Part shown: positions 21,708 to 30,204 of the stretch, piece by piece
Numbering within the stretch: the first letter of the stretch is position 1
How the letters are laid out: each line of letters begins with the position of its first letter
Assembly: GCA_965660635.1 (NCBI GenBank)
Contig: CBFIAS010000002.1
Coordinates: 5,426-69,425 of the forward strand
Direction of reading: 5' to 3'
DNA length: 64,000 nt
Source of the DNA: Coraliomargaritaceae bacterium
GTDB lineage: Bacteria > Verrucomicrobiota > Verrucomicrobiia > Opitutales > Coraliomargaritaceae
Position numbers and translations under genes: made by a program
Notes under the pieces: model-generated
What the model was told of the DNA's origin: nothing
What the model saw: only the letters and a program-made list of their open reading frames with translations
The model's database searches: none

Positions 21708-23153
21708 TTAGTACCGGTAGTGCTCGGGCTTGTAGGGGCCTTCTTGTTTCACCCCGATGTAAGCGGCCTGGTCATTGGATAGTTGGGTGAGCTTGCAACC
21801 AATCTTCTCCAAGTGGAGACGGGCTACTTCCTCGTCGATGTGCTTGGGCAGGATATACACGCCCGGTGTGTATTTCTCAACTTGCTTCCACAGCTCAATC
21901 TGGGCGAGTGCCTGATTGGTAAAGCTGTTGGACATGACGAAGGAGGGGTGACCTGTGGCACAGCCAAGGTTGACCAGTCGGCCTTTGGCCAGGAGGTAGA
22001 TGCTATTGCCGGATGGGAAAGTGTACTTGTCCACTGCGCCCTCCTGGTCGGGCTTGATCTCGTCAATTTCGACACCGGGCATGTCGTTGAGCTTGTCGAC
22101 TTCGATCTCGTTGTCGAAGTGGCCGATGTTACAGACGATCGCCTGATCCTTCATCTTCGACATATGATCGGCGGTGATGATGCTATAGTTGCCGGTGGTG
22201 GTCACATAGATATCGCCCCAGCCGAGGGTGTCTTCGACGGTGAGAACGCGATGGCCCTCCATGGCGGCCTGAAGTGCGCAAATCGGATCGACTTCGGTGA
22301 CTACAACCTGCGCGCCCATGCCTTTGAGGGCAGCGGCACAACCCTTGCCCACATCGCCATAGCCACAGACCACTCCGACTTTGCCGGAGATCATCACGTC
22401 TGTGGCACGCTTGATGCCGTCGAGAAGGGATTCACGGCAACCATAGAGGTTGTCGAACTTGGACTTGGTCACGGAGTCATTGACGTTGATTGCTGGCACA
22501 AGCAGCTTACCGGCGTTGTGCATCTCATAGAGTCGGTGGACTCCGGTCGTGGTTTCTTCGGAGACGCCTTTCCACTCTTTGACCACATCATGCCAGTGAC
22601 CTGGTTTGGCGGCGTGAATTTTTTTGAGCAATCCCTTGATCACGGCTTCTTCCATGCTGCCGGAGTCGGACTCCACCCAGTCGCTGCCGTCTTCCAGTTC
22701 GTAACCCTTGTGGATGAGCAATGTGGCATCACCGCCGTCGTCCACAATCAACTGGGGACCGGAGCCGTCCGGCCAGGTCAAGGCCTGCTCGGTACACCAC
22801 CAGTACTCTTCGAGGGTTTCGCCCTTCCATGCGAAGACGGGCACTTCAAGGTCGCGGGCAACGTAGGCAGCCGCATGATCCTGCGTGGAAAAGATGTTGC
22901 ACGAGCACCAGCGAATGTCGGCGCCGAGAACCTTGAGGGTTTCGATCAACACAGCCGTCTGCACAGTCATATGCAGGGAGCCCATGATACGGACGCCCTT
23001 AAGCGGTTGCTCTCCGCGGTATTTTTCACGAGTGGCCATCAGACCCGGCATCTCGTGCTGGGCGATCTCGATTTCCTTCTGTCCGAAGTCTGCCAGATTG
23101 ATGTCCTTAACCTTATAGTCGGTTGTTGTCTTGGTGAGTGTATCGGTGCTCAT
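21708..23153 (-). CDS. ahcY: adenosylhomocysteinase
   Basis: 481 aa. [13 protein letters not shown]-terminus, NAD motif [20 protein letters not shown]-terminal YRY. Confidence 0.96.
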   Translation of the reverse strand: MSTDTLTKTTTDYKVKDINLADFGQKEIEIAQHEMPGLMATREKYRGEQPLKGVRIMGSLHMTVQTAVLIETLKVLGADIRWCSCNIFSTQDHAAAYVARDLEVPVFAWKGETLEEYWWCTEQALTWPDGSGPQLIVDDGGDATLLIHKGYELEDGSDWVESDSGSMEEAVIKGLLKKIHAAKPGHWHDVVKEWKGVSEETTTGVHRLYEMHNAGKLLVPAINVNDSVTKSKFDNLYGCRESLLDGIKRATDVMISGKVGVVCGYGDVGKGCAAALKGMGAQVVVTEVDPICALQAAMEGHRVLTVEDTLGWGDIYVTTTGNYSIITADHMSKMKDQAIVCNIGHFDNEIEVDKLNDMPGVEIDEIKPDQEGAVDKYTFPSGNSIYLLAKGRLVNLGCATGHPSFVMSNSFTNQALAQIELWKQVEKYTPGVYILPKHIDEEVARLHLEKIGCKLTQLSNDQAAYIGVKQEGPYKPEHYRY

Positions 23154-23183
23154 GGTATGTCAGTGTCAGTGATGTTTGAATTG

Positions 23184-23216
23184 CCCGCGAAGAAACGCGA
23201 ATGAAGCGAAATGAAT
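23184..23216. repeat. CGCGAAG-type repeat, copy d (same orientation as copy a)
   Basis: CCCGCGAAGaaaCGCGAATgaaGCGAAATgaat. Three units are spaced 9-10 nt apart. Confidence 0.65.
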
Positions 23217-23249
23217 ATGTAAGAAAATGGGGATGAGTAAGGTGGAAAG

Positions 23250-23282
23250 TGCCCACGAATTTCTCGAATGGACACGAATTTA
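23250..23282. repeat. CACGAAT-type triple-unit repeat, left arm of the inverted repeat flanking GxxExxY gene 1
   Basis: TGCCCACGAATttctCGAATggaCACGAATtt. The outer 11 nt are the exact reverse complement of 23688-23698. Confidence 0.8.
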
Positions 23283-23292
23283 AACTGAGTGA

Positions 23293-23670
23293 TTACATGA
23301 CTAAACGCTTTGATTGAAGGCCATTGAAAGAACCAAAGTTCACGAGGAGCCCCAGCTTTTTTCCAGTGACATTGAGATAATTCAATACTAGCGATTGGTG
23401 CTGTGAATTCAGTTCTTTGACGGCTTTCAATTCCAGAATAATTTTATCATATAGAATAAAATCCGCGCGATAATTCAAAGACAGAGTATGTTCTTTGTAC
23501 TGTACGGGGAGCTCTGCCTCGCGACTAAACGGAATACCGCGTGCCTCGAGCTCTAAACCCAAGGCTTCCTGATAGACCGCTTCCAGAAAACCGCACCCAA
23601 GTTGATTGTATACTTCCATGCATGCACCGATTGCCTCGAAGCTTTCTTGCTTATAAAGGACGTCATGCAT
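23293..23670 (-). CDS. GxxExxY protein (PD-(D/E)XK nuclease fold, PF13366/TIGR04256-like)
   Basis: 125 aa. GFLEAVY motif, YRADF .. ILELK nuclease-type core, LLVNFG C-terminal block. Confidence 0.88.
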   Translation of the reverse strand: MHDVLYKQESFEAIGACMEVYNQLGCGFLEAVYQEALGLELEARGIPFSREAELPVQYKEHTLSLNYRADFILYDKIILELKAVKELNSQHQSLVLNYLNVTGKKLGLLVNFGSFNGLQSKRLVM

Positions 23671-23699
23671 TTGTGAAAATTTGTGAGATTCGTGGGCAG
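23671..23699. repeat. CACGAAT-type triple-unit repeat, right arm (inverted)
   Basis: TTGTGaaaaTTTGTGagATTCGTGGGCAG. The reverse complement gives CACGAAT / CACAAAT / CACAA units spaced 9-10 nt apart. Confidence 0.8.
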
Positions 23700-23712
23700 A
23701 AATGTAATCCCA

Positions 23713-24876
23713 CTACAGCGCGGCTTGCAGCTCGCTGGCTTTGGCAGTCGATTCCCAGGGAAGATCGTCCTTGCCGAAGTGTCCGTAGTGAGTCGATCCA
23801 CGGTAGATCGGGCGCAGGAGATCCAATTGGCTGACGATGTCTGCAGGCTTGAAGCTGAAGACTTTTTGCGCGGCTGCGGAGATCTTCTCATCCGGTTCTT
23901 TGCCGGTGCCAAAGGTATCCACGTGAATACTCGTTGGGTACGGATGCCCAATGGCATAAGCCACTTCGATTTCGCAGGCTTCGGCCAGCCCGGCAGCGAC
24001 AATATTCTTGGCTACCCAACGGGTGAAATAGGCTGCGGAGCGGTCGACCTTCGAGGGATCTTTTCCAGAGAAAGCGCCACCGCCGTGACGCGCCCAGCCA
24101 CCGTAGGTATCCACAATGATCTTACGCCCGGTCAGTCCGGCGTCGCCCTGCGGACCACCGACAACAAACTTGCCGGTCGGATTGATCAGGTACTCCGTGT
24201 CGTCCTTGAGCAACTCGGCAGGAAGGACCTTGCGGATGACTTCCTCGATGCAGAATTCCTTGATCGTATCGAGCGACACATCGGCGCTGTGCTGGGTGGA
24301 GATAACGACGTTGCGGATACCGGTTATCTCGTTGCCATTAAAATCAACGGCCACCTGGCTCTTCACGTCCGGGCGCAACCAGGGAACTTTAACATCTTTG
24401 CGCTGGCGAGCCATCTCACGAAGCAAGCGGTGAGCAAACATAACCGGTGCCGGCATCAGTTCAGGAGTTTGATTACAGGCATATCCAAACATAATGCCCT
24501 GATCGCCCGCTCCCTGCTCGGCTGTACCCTTGCCCTCTGCCGACTCGGCGTCGACCCCCTGAGCGATGTCCGGCGACTGCGCCGTAAGGATATTGGAAAC
24601 GAAAACCTTGTCGGCGTGAAAAACGTCGTCGTCGTTGGTGTAGCCGATCTCACGAATCGCGTCGCGCACGATCGTCTCGTAGTTCAGCTTTGCGCCAGTC
24701 GTTATCTCTCCAGCGAGAAAGACGCAATTGCTCTTTACCAGGGTCTCACAGGCCACACGGCTGGCCGGATCCTGCGCCAGGCAAGCGTCGAGAACGCTGT
24801 CCGAAATGTAGTCGGATACTTTATCAGGATGGCCCTCGCCAACTGATTCAGAGGAAAAAATGAAGTTCTTGCTCAT
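23713..24876 (-). CDS. metK: S-adenosylmethionine synthase
   Basis: [38 protein letters not shown]. Start at [10 protein letters not shown]. Confidence 0.96.
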   Translation of the reverse strand: MSKNFIFSSESVGEGHPDKVSDYISDSVLDACLAQDPASRVACETLVKSNCVFLAGEITTGAKLNYETIVRDAIREIGYTNDDDVFHADKVFVSNILTAQSPDIAQGVDAESAEGKGTAEQGAGDQGIMFGYACNQTPELMPAPVMFAHRLLREMARQRKDVKVPWLRPDVKSQVAVDFNGNEITGIRNVVISTQHSADVSLDTIKEFCIEEVIRKVLPAELLKDDTEYLINPTGKFVVGGPQGDAGLTGRKIIVDTYGGWARHGGGAFSGKDPSKVDRSAAYFTRWVAKNIVAAGLAEACEIEVAYAIGHPYPTSIHVDTFGTGKEPDEKISAAAQKVFSFKPADIVSQLDLLRPIYRGSTHYGHFGKDDLPWESTAKASELQAAL

Positions 24877-24951
24877 AAAAATACGAACAATGGTGAATCG
24901 TCTGATCCATGGCAAGCATTACATCAAAACATCAGGATATTTTGATATGTT

Positions 24952-25785
24952 TTATTTTTGTACGTAGAACGGGTTCCTCAAGCGTTCCGATTTCACCGTG
25001 GTCAGTGGCCCATGACCCGGGCAAAGGATTGTCTCTTCCGGCAGGCTGAGGATCTCCCTGCGATTGGCGTCCATAGCCGACTCGTAATGCGTCTGCCCGA
25101 CGCCTCCCTGCGAGAGGCAAAACAAGGCATCCCCGACAATGGCAAGGGGTCGTGCCAGCCCACGCACGACAAAGCTCGTGCCCCCCGGCGAGTGCCCCGG
25201 AGTAGCCCGCGCTTCAATCTGGAGGGAGCCGCAAAGAAACACGTCTCCATGAGCTACCCTCCCGGCAGTCCGAAAAGGCTCCTCTTCCGGAGCCATGCAG
25301 CGCAACTCCGGCTGGTTATCCAACAGTGCATCATATGCTGCCAAATGGTCGCGATGGGTGTGGGTGAGAAAGAGGCTCCGTAAATCCAAATCCTGCGCCT
25401 CAATTTCTTGAAGCAAAGCGTCGATATTCGTACCAGTATCAAAGACCACAGCCTCGCCCGTATCCGGAGACCAGACGAGATAACTGTTAACCGTCATTTC
25501 CGCATAGCCCGGCACTGGAAAAGGCGAGTTCAGGCAGGCCAGCCCATCGACTGCCAATGGCTCGGGCTGCCAGTGACCAAAAGCCATGGCGACCAGGGCT
25601 TCCTCACTCAAGCGCAAGACCGGAGCCACCGCCCGCAGGGCAGACTCGTCCAGTTCGCCCTGCAACAGGGCATCCACTACCGGCACGGAGAGACCGGAGC
25701 GTTCAGCCAGAACCACTTTGCCCAGCCCCAGGCCAGTCGCCGCCTTCATCAGCACATCCTCGAAATTATCCTCCAGGGCAATCAT
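24952..25785 (-). CDS. MBL-fold metallo-hydrolase with N-terminal HTH-like segment
   Basis: HTHRDH zinc motif, PGHSPG, CPGHG. Start at MIALEDNF, forming an ATGA overlap with the stop of the upstream antiporter gene. Confidence 0.8.
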   Translation of the reverse strand: MIALEDNFEDVLMKAATGLGLGKVVLAERSGLSVPVVDALLQGELDESALRAVAPVLRLSEEALVAMAFGHWQPEPLAVDGLACLNSPFPVPGYAEMTVNSYLVWSPDTGEAVVFDTGTNIDALLQEIEAQDLDLRSLFLTHTHRDHLAAYDALLDNQPELRCMAPEEEPFRTAGRVAHGDVFLCGSLQIEARATPGHSPGGTSFVVRGLARPLAIVGDALFCLSQGGVGQTHYESAMDANRREILSLPEETILCPGHGPLTTVKSERLRNPFYVQK

Positions 25786-27416
25786 CCGGCTACGCGTTTT
25801 CTCCAAACATTTGGTACAAGTATAAGGCTCAAAGAACCAACCAACAGGCAAACCCAGGCCGGTACGCCCCAACCGAGAGGCAGGAATCCGAACAGACAGG
25901 CAACCAAGGCTGTAAGTAAGGCAAAAGGCAGTTGCGTACGAACGTGATCCAACGGCTCCACTCCGGCAGCAATTGAAGCAACAATCGTGGTATCACTGAA
26001 TGGACTGCAATGATCCCCGAAAACCGCGCCGCTAAAGACTGCTCCAATAGCTGCGACAATCAGGCGATCACACTCGGCATCGGGAAGCGAACCGGTCAAG
26101 TGAAAGACAACCGGTATAGCCAGAGGCATGAGCACGCCCATCGTGCCCCAGGAAGTGCCAGTGGAAAAAGAGATCAAGGAACCGACTGCGAAAATCACCA
26201 GCGGCAAGAACTGCGGCGCCAAATTCCCCTGCAGGAGATGCCCGAGAACCTCTGCCGCACCGAGCGCGGAAATCACCCCGCCGAGCATCCAGGCCGCCAG
26301 CAGAATTGCCACCGGCCCCAACAAATCCCGCACCCCGGTGAAAAACACCGGCACCACCCGTGCAGCCCCGCCTGTCCGGGAAGTGAGCAGGAGCACCGCC
26401 GCGACCAACGAGCCAATCACGCTGGATGCCACAAGGATCGAAGGCACCAAACTTTCCGCCACGGCGTACGCCTCAGCAAACTTGGCCAAGGAAAACGGCC
26501 AGAATGATTCCGCCCCGATTCCGTAACTGATCAGGGGGATCGATAGTGTGACAACGAGTATTGGCGCAATCGCCCGCCACCAATGCGTCTCCCCGGCAGA
26601 ACTTTCAGCCGGTTCTTCCTCAGGCACCTGCTTGCCCGCCGCATCCTCAAACCGGCCCATCGGCCCCGGATTGAAGCTCCGCAACACGCAGACCAAGGCC
26701 ATAACCAGAGCAAACCAGCAATAGAAATTCATCGGCAGCGATTGGAAAAACAAGCCGTAGGCACCGACCTCACGGCCAGCCGCCGCGTAGCCCTCGCGGA
26801 TCATCGACAATTGAAAAGCGATCCAGGTCGAGACAAAGGCCAGGCAGGCCACCGCCGATCCCGTGGCATCGGCCAGGTAAGCCAATTTCACCCGCGAAAC
26901 GCCGCAACGATCCGCCGCACCCCGGAGCAAGCGTCCGATCAGCATGGTATTGGCCAGCCCGTCAAAGAAGACCAGCAAGCCGAAGCCGAAAACCGTGCAC
27001 TGCATCCGCTTGGCCGGGGCACGCCCTGCTCCCAGCATCCTGCGCACCAACGCCTGCAATCCCCCGCCCGCTTCAAGGAGCGAGACAAAGCCCCCCAGGA
27101 TCAAAGTAAAAGCAATCGCGCTGAGCTTCCAGGGCGATTGGAAAATCGGTAGCAACTGGTAGGCCACCAGCCCGGTCAACGTGTCCAGCGGATGCCCCTT
27201 TTGAAGGAGCAGGGAACCGCAAACCGCCCCGGCCAGCAGCCCGATAAATGCACTACGCCAGGCAAACACCATGACCAGCGCAACCAAGCTCGGCCAAAGC
27301 GTCAGCCATGGATGGGCTAACCGCTCCAGCTGCCCGATCAGCGCGCTGGCCAGCAACACGGCAAGAAGAATCCCGATCCGCAGGAGGCGTTGTTGATTCG
27401 ATCCGAAGGCTTGCAT
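25782..27416 (-). CDS. Na+/H+ antiporter NhaC family membrane protein
   Basis: About 545 aa with more than 10 hydrophobic helices. NhaC-like blocks (GGFVSLLEAGGG, FFDGLANTM, FSTGTSWGTMGVLMP, FGDHCSPFSDTTI). Confidence 0.75.
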   Translation of the reverse strand: MQAFGSNQQRLLRIGILLAVLLASALIGQLERLAHPWLTLWPSLVALVMVFAWRSAFIGLLAGAVCGSLLLQKGHPLDTLTGLVAYQLLPIFQSPWKLSAIAFTLILGGFVSLLEAGGGLQALVRRMLGAGRAPAKRMQCTVFGFGLLVFFDGLANTMLIGRLLRGAADRCGVSRVKLAYLADATGSAVACLAFVSTWIAFQLSMIREGYAAAGREVGAYGLFFQSLPMNFYCWFALVMALVCVLRSFNPGPMGRFEDAAGKQVPEEEPAESSAGETHWWRAIAPILVVTLSIPLISYGIGAESFWPFSLAKFAEAYAVAESLVPSILVASSVIGSLVAAVLLLTSRTGGAARVVPVFFTGVRDLLGPVAILLAAWMLGGVISALGAAEVLGHLLQGNLAPQFLPLVIFAVGSLISFSTGTSWGTMGVLMPLAIPVVFHLTGSLPDAECDRLIVAAIGAVFSGAVFGDHCSPFSDTTIVASIAAGVEPLDHVRTQLPFALLTALVACLFGFLPLGWGVPAWVCLLVGSLSLILVPNVWRKRVAG

Positions 27417-27494
27417 GAAACAAAAGAAGCGACACCGCGCCACTGAAAAGCAAATCCACAGATTCCCACGATGCGGTCAACCCAAAGCGGTTTA

Positions 27495-27525
27495 TCATCC
27501 GCCGATTCCGCAGATGCCCACCGAT
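27495..27525. repeat. CCGCNGAT-type triple-unit repeat, left arm of the inverted repeat flanking GxxExxY gene 2
   Basis: TCATCCGCCGATTCCGCAGATGCCCACCGAT. The first 17 nt are complementary to 28080-28096 at 16 of 17 positions. Confidence 0.75.
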
Positions 27526-27659
27526 CCCGAAAAAGGAATCGCATACCACTCATAGTCGATTCGGAAGGAAATAAACTTATCCACTTGTTCGCGTGTTTTT
27601 ATTTCTAATCTTTATTTTGTTAGTAAACACATGCTATTAGAGGTGCGTAATACTTCCCC

Positions 27660-28136
27660 ATGAGTTCAAAAACAAAAGATCCGCACACGGCTACTGGTAG
27701 AGACAACGAGACCTATTCTATCATTGGAGCGGCAATGGAAATCCACTCCGTCCTAGGTTACGGCTTTCTCGAAGGAGTCTACCAAGATGCCCTCGAACGC
27801 GAATTCAGGCTCCGCAGCATTCCCTACCGAAGGGAGCCGACAATCCAGGTCTCCTACAAAGGCAATACTTTGGGGACACCCTATCGTACAGACTTCATCT
27901 GCTACGAAGGTATCATCGTGGAATTAAAAGCGCTTCAAAAAATATCCGGGCCGGAGACCGCTCAAGTCATCCATTACCTCAAGGCATCCGGCTTCAGCAA
28001 AGCCCTGCTGATAAACTTTGGAGCCCCATCGCTCCAGTTCAAGCGCTACGTTTACTCGAACAAAAATCCGCGAAAATCCGCGGAATCTGCGGATGACTCT
28101 TCAACCTCGGATCCGGAAAACGCTTCCTCTTCTTGA
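27660..28136 (+). CDS. GxxExxY protein (PD-(D/E)XK nuclease fold), with low-complexity C-terminal tail
   Basis: 158 aa. GFLEGVY, YRTDF .. IVELK, LLINFG. The tail NPRKSAESADDSS is encoded by the flanking short repeat. Confidence 0.88.
   Translation: MSSKTKDPHTATGRDNETYSIIGAAMEIHSVLGYGFLEGVYQDALEREFRLRSIPYRREPTIQVSYKGNTLGTPYRTDFICYEGIIVELKALQKISGPETAQVIHYLKASGFSKALLINFGAPSLQFKRYVYSNKNPRKSAESADDSSTSDPENASSS
28066..28096. repeat. ATCCGCG-type triple-unit repeat, right arm (inverted), inside the 3' end of the GxxExxY ORF
   Basis: ATCCGCGaaaATCCGCGgaATCTGCGGATGA. Units are spaced 9-10 nt apart. Confidence 0.75.
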
Positions 28137-28211
28137 TTCCAGCAGCATCAATCAACAAGAGCACCGATGAAAGCAGTTGCCCGTTGGGCATTATTAGCTA
28201 TCCATGAGTGA

Positions 28212-30161
28212 GTGAAAACATCCAAAATATTCCTGTCGCTCATGGTTGGCATCGCACTGGGCTATTGGGTGGCATCTACTGGCGGGCGAAGCGAGGCGGG
28301 GGCATCCCCGGAGTTACCAGCCACAAATGATGCGGCTCCCGCGAATATGGAAGCATCTGTCTCCACCGGGAAAGTGCAATCCGGGGATGATTCGGTACAA
28401 CCGGAAGAAACAACCGGCATTTCCGAAGCGTGGCTCGAGTCGCTCGAATCAAAGGGGTCTTTTGAACGCTTCGGCATGCTCCATGAACGGCTCAAGAGCG
28501 TTCCACCCTATGGCTTCAAGCCCTTGATTGAATCGCTTGCCGGGATGGCGGGCACAAGTCTCACTTGGCAGGCCCAGAGCCTGATTGCCGCCCGCTGGGC
28601 CGAGGTCGATCCACAGGGGCTGCGCCAGTACATGGATACCAGACCTACAAATCAGCAATGGGTATTCATCGGCGCGCTCTACTCGACCTGGGCAGAAAAA
28701 GACCCGGATGCCGCACTCGCGGCCACAAGGGACATGACCAACTGGAACATGCGGCAAAACGCCCTATCCTCGATTGCCGCCGCGGTGGCAAAAAAGGATC
28801 CGTTGCGTGCCGTGGCCATCGTGCAGGAACATACTACAGGATCCATGCATGGCGACTGGGTCATGCGGAATGTTTTTGAGCAATGGGCGAAGCGCGATCC
28901 CGATGCGGCCCGGCAGGCCGCGCTGGCCATGAAGAACGGCCCGGCAAAGTCCAGTGCCCTGGCCGGAGCCATGGGAGAATGGATGGCAGCGGAGCCAATG
29001 GCCGCCCTAACCTGGCTGGACAGCCTGCCGACAGACAGCGTGATCCACCGTGCACGGGAGGAACTGCTTAGCCATTTAGCCAGCAAGGACCTGAATGTAG
29101 CAAAGCAATACATAGAGAGCCGGGCTACCCCGCTGAGCCGAAAGGAAGCCTTGGAAAACATGCATTTGGCGAATATTATCTGGTCGCAGGATGCGGAAAG
29201 TATCCACGAGGCCATAGATTGGCTGGGCACTGTCGCAAAAGGGCAACTGTACCACCGGAAAGTTCAGGAACTGGTCGGCGCGCTGGCTCAGGCCGATCCC
29301 GATTCGGCAATTGAGTTCATGCAAGGCATGTCGCCCGGAGAAGCCCGGATGGGGGTGATTAGCTCAATCGCAGGAAAACTCTCCGATCAGAATCCATCGC
29401 AGGCACTGGAGTTCATAAGCAATCTGGAATACGAGGACGAGCGTGAACGAGCACTGCAGCGTATGAGTTGGCGCTTTGCTCGCAATAACGTGGAGACGGC
29501 GAGCACACTCATTTCAGAATCCGGTGACCCACTTGTGCAACAACAACTCGTGCGAGGCATCGCTGAAGAATGGTCGTCCTATGATACGGATGCGGCCCTC
29601 GCATGGGTGGAAAAGCTGGAAGATGAACAGGCCCGCTCCAATGGATTGGAAGCCGTGCTGGCCAACTGGGTACAGAAGAATCCCGCAGAGGCCATGGCCT
29701 ATGTGGAAAGCTCCATCGACGAGGCTGAGCAAGGGAACGCGTACACTAATTTATTCAACCAGTGGATCCGAGAAGATGCGGAGACAGCTATTCAGTATCT
29801 TGAAAAAATGCCGGAGATCCCGGAGGAGCAACAATCCAGACTTTTTGGAAATGTAACTCGAAACTTCTTCCGCCAAGACCCGATGGCGGCCTCCAAATGG
29901 GTGGAGACATTAGAGGCCGGCCCAGCGCGGGACCAGTCTGTCGAGGTGCTTGTTAAGAATGTTTCAAATAGCGATCCCGAAGCTGGCTTTATCTGGGCGC
30001 AAACTCTGGGTGACGATGGCAAGCGCAAGCGTTCGCTGAAGCAAAGCCTGCAGCAGTTGGTTCAACGGGATCCAGAAGCGGCAAAAAAAGCAGTCGATGC
30101 GGCGGATCTGCCGGAAGAAGAAAAGAAACCGCTGCTGGAGATCCTCGAAGATTCGAAGTGA
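28212..30161 (+). CDS. membrane-anchored protein with about 16 tandem HEAT/ARM-like helical repeats
   Basis: GTG start and an N-terminal hydrophobic anchor (IFLSLMVGIALGYWVA). A roughly 35-aa repeat with signature W-x3-DP-x-AA-x2-W/Y-[LVI] recurs (WAEKDPDAALAA, WAKRDPDAARQA, WSSYDTDAALAWV, WVQKNPAEAMAYV, and others). Confidence 0.7.
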   Translation: MKTSKIFLSLMVGIALGYWVASTGGRSEAGASPELPATNDAAPANMEASVSTGKVQSGDDSVQPEETTGISEAWLESLESKGSFERFGMLHERLKSVPPYGFKPLIESLAGMAGTSLTWQAQSLIAARWAEVDPQGLRQYMDTRPTNQQWVFIGALYSTWAEKDPDAALAATRDMTNWNMRQNALSSIAAAVAKKDPLRAVAIVQEHTTGSMHGDWVMRNVFEQWAKRDPDAARQAALAMKNGPAKSSALAGAMGEWMAAEPMAALTWLDSLPTDSVIHRAREELLSHLASKDLNVAKQYIESRATPLSRKEALENMHLANIIWSQDAESIHEAIDWLGTVAKGQLYHRKVQELVGALAQADPDSAIEFMQGMSPGEARMGVISSIAGKLSDQNPSQALEFISNLEYEDERERALQRMSWRFARNNVETASTLISESGDPLVQQQLVRGIAEEWSSYDTDAALAWVEKLEDEQARSNGLEAVLANWVQKNPAEAMAYVESSIDEAEQGNAYTNLFNQWIREDAETAIQYLEKMPEIPEEQQSRLFGNVTRNFFRQDPMAASKWVETLEAGPARDQSVEVLVKNVSNSDPEAGFIWAQTLGDDGKRKRSLKQSLQQLVQRDPEAAKKAVDAADLPEEEKKPLLEILEDSK

Positions 30162-30204
30162 ACGGATGCCAGGAACAGGCAGAAGTATCGGCCATGCTGA
30201 TGGA

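Noticed and set aside
23154-23292. SAH riboswitch upstream of ahcY, and a SAM riboswitch upstream of metK (24877-24951)
   Set aside because: I read both leaders on the minus strand. They are AT-rich and repeat-derived, and they lack the GC-rich pseudoknot cores I associate with SAH, SAM-I and SAM-II elements. I cannot fully exclude a riboswitch without a covariance-model scan.
24923-24960. Hairpin ATCAAAA..TTTTGAT followed by a T-run on the plus strand, resembling a terminator
   Set aside because: No plus-strand gene ends here. It lies in the spacer between the minus-strand MBL and metK genes. On the minus strand it lacks a U-tract, so I could not assign a function.
20513-28096. Possibility that the short tandem units are a CRISPR array
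   Set aside because: Only three units of 9-10 nt occur per site, with no spacers of CRISPR size, no longer array and no cas genes in the window.
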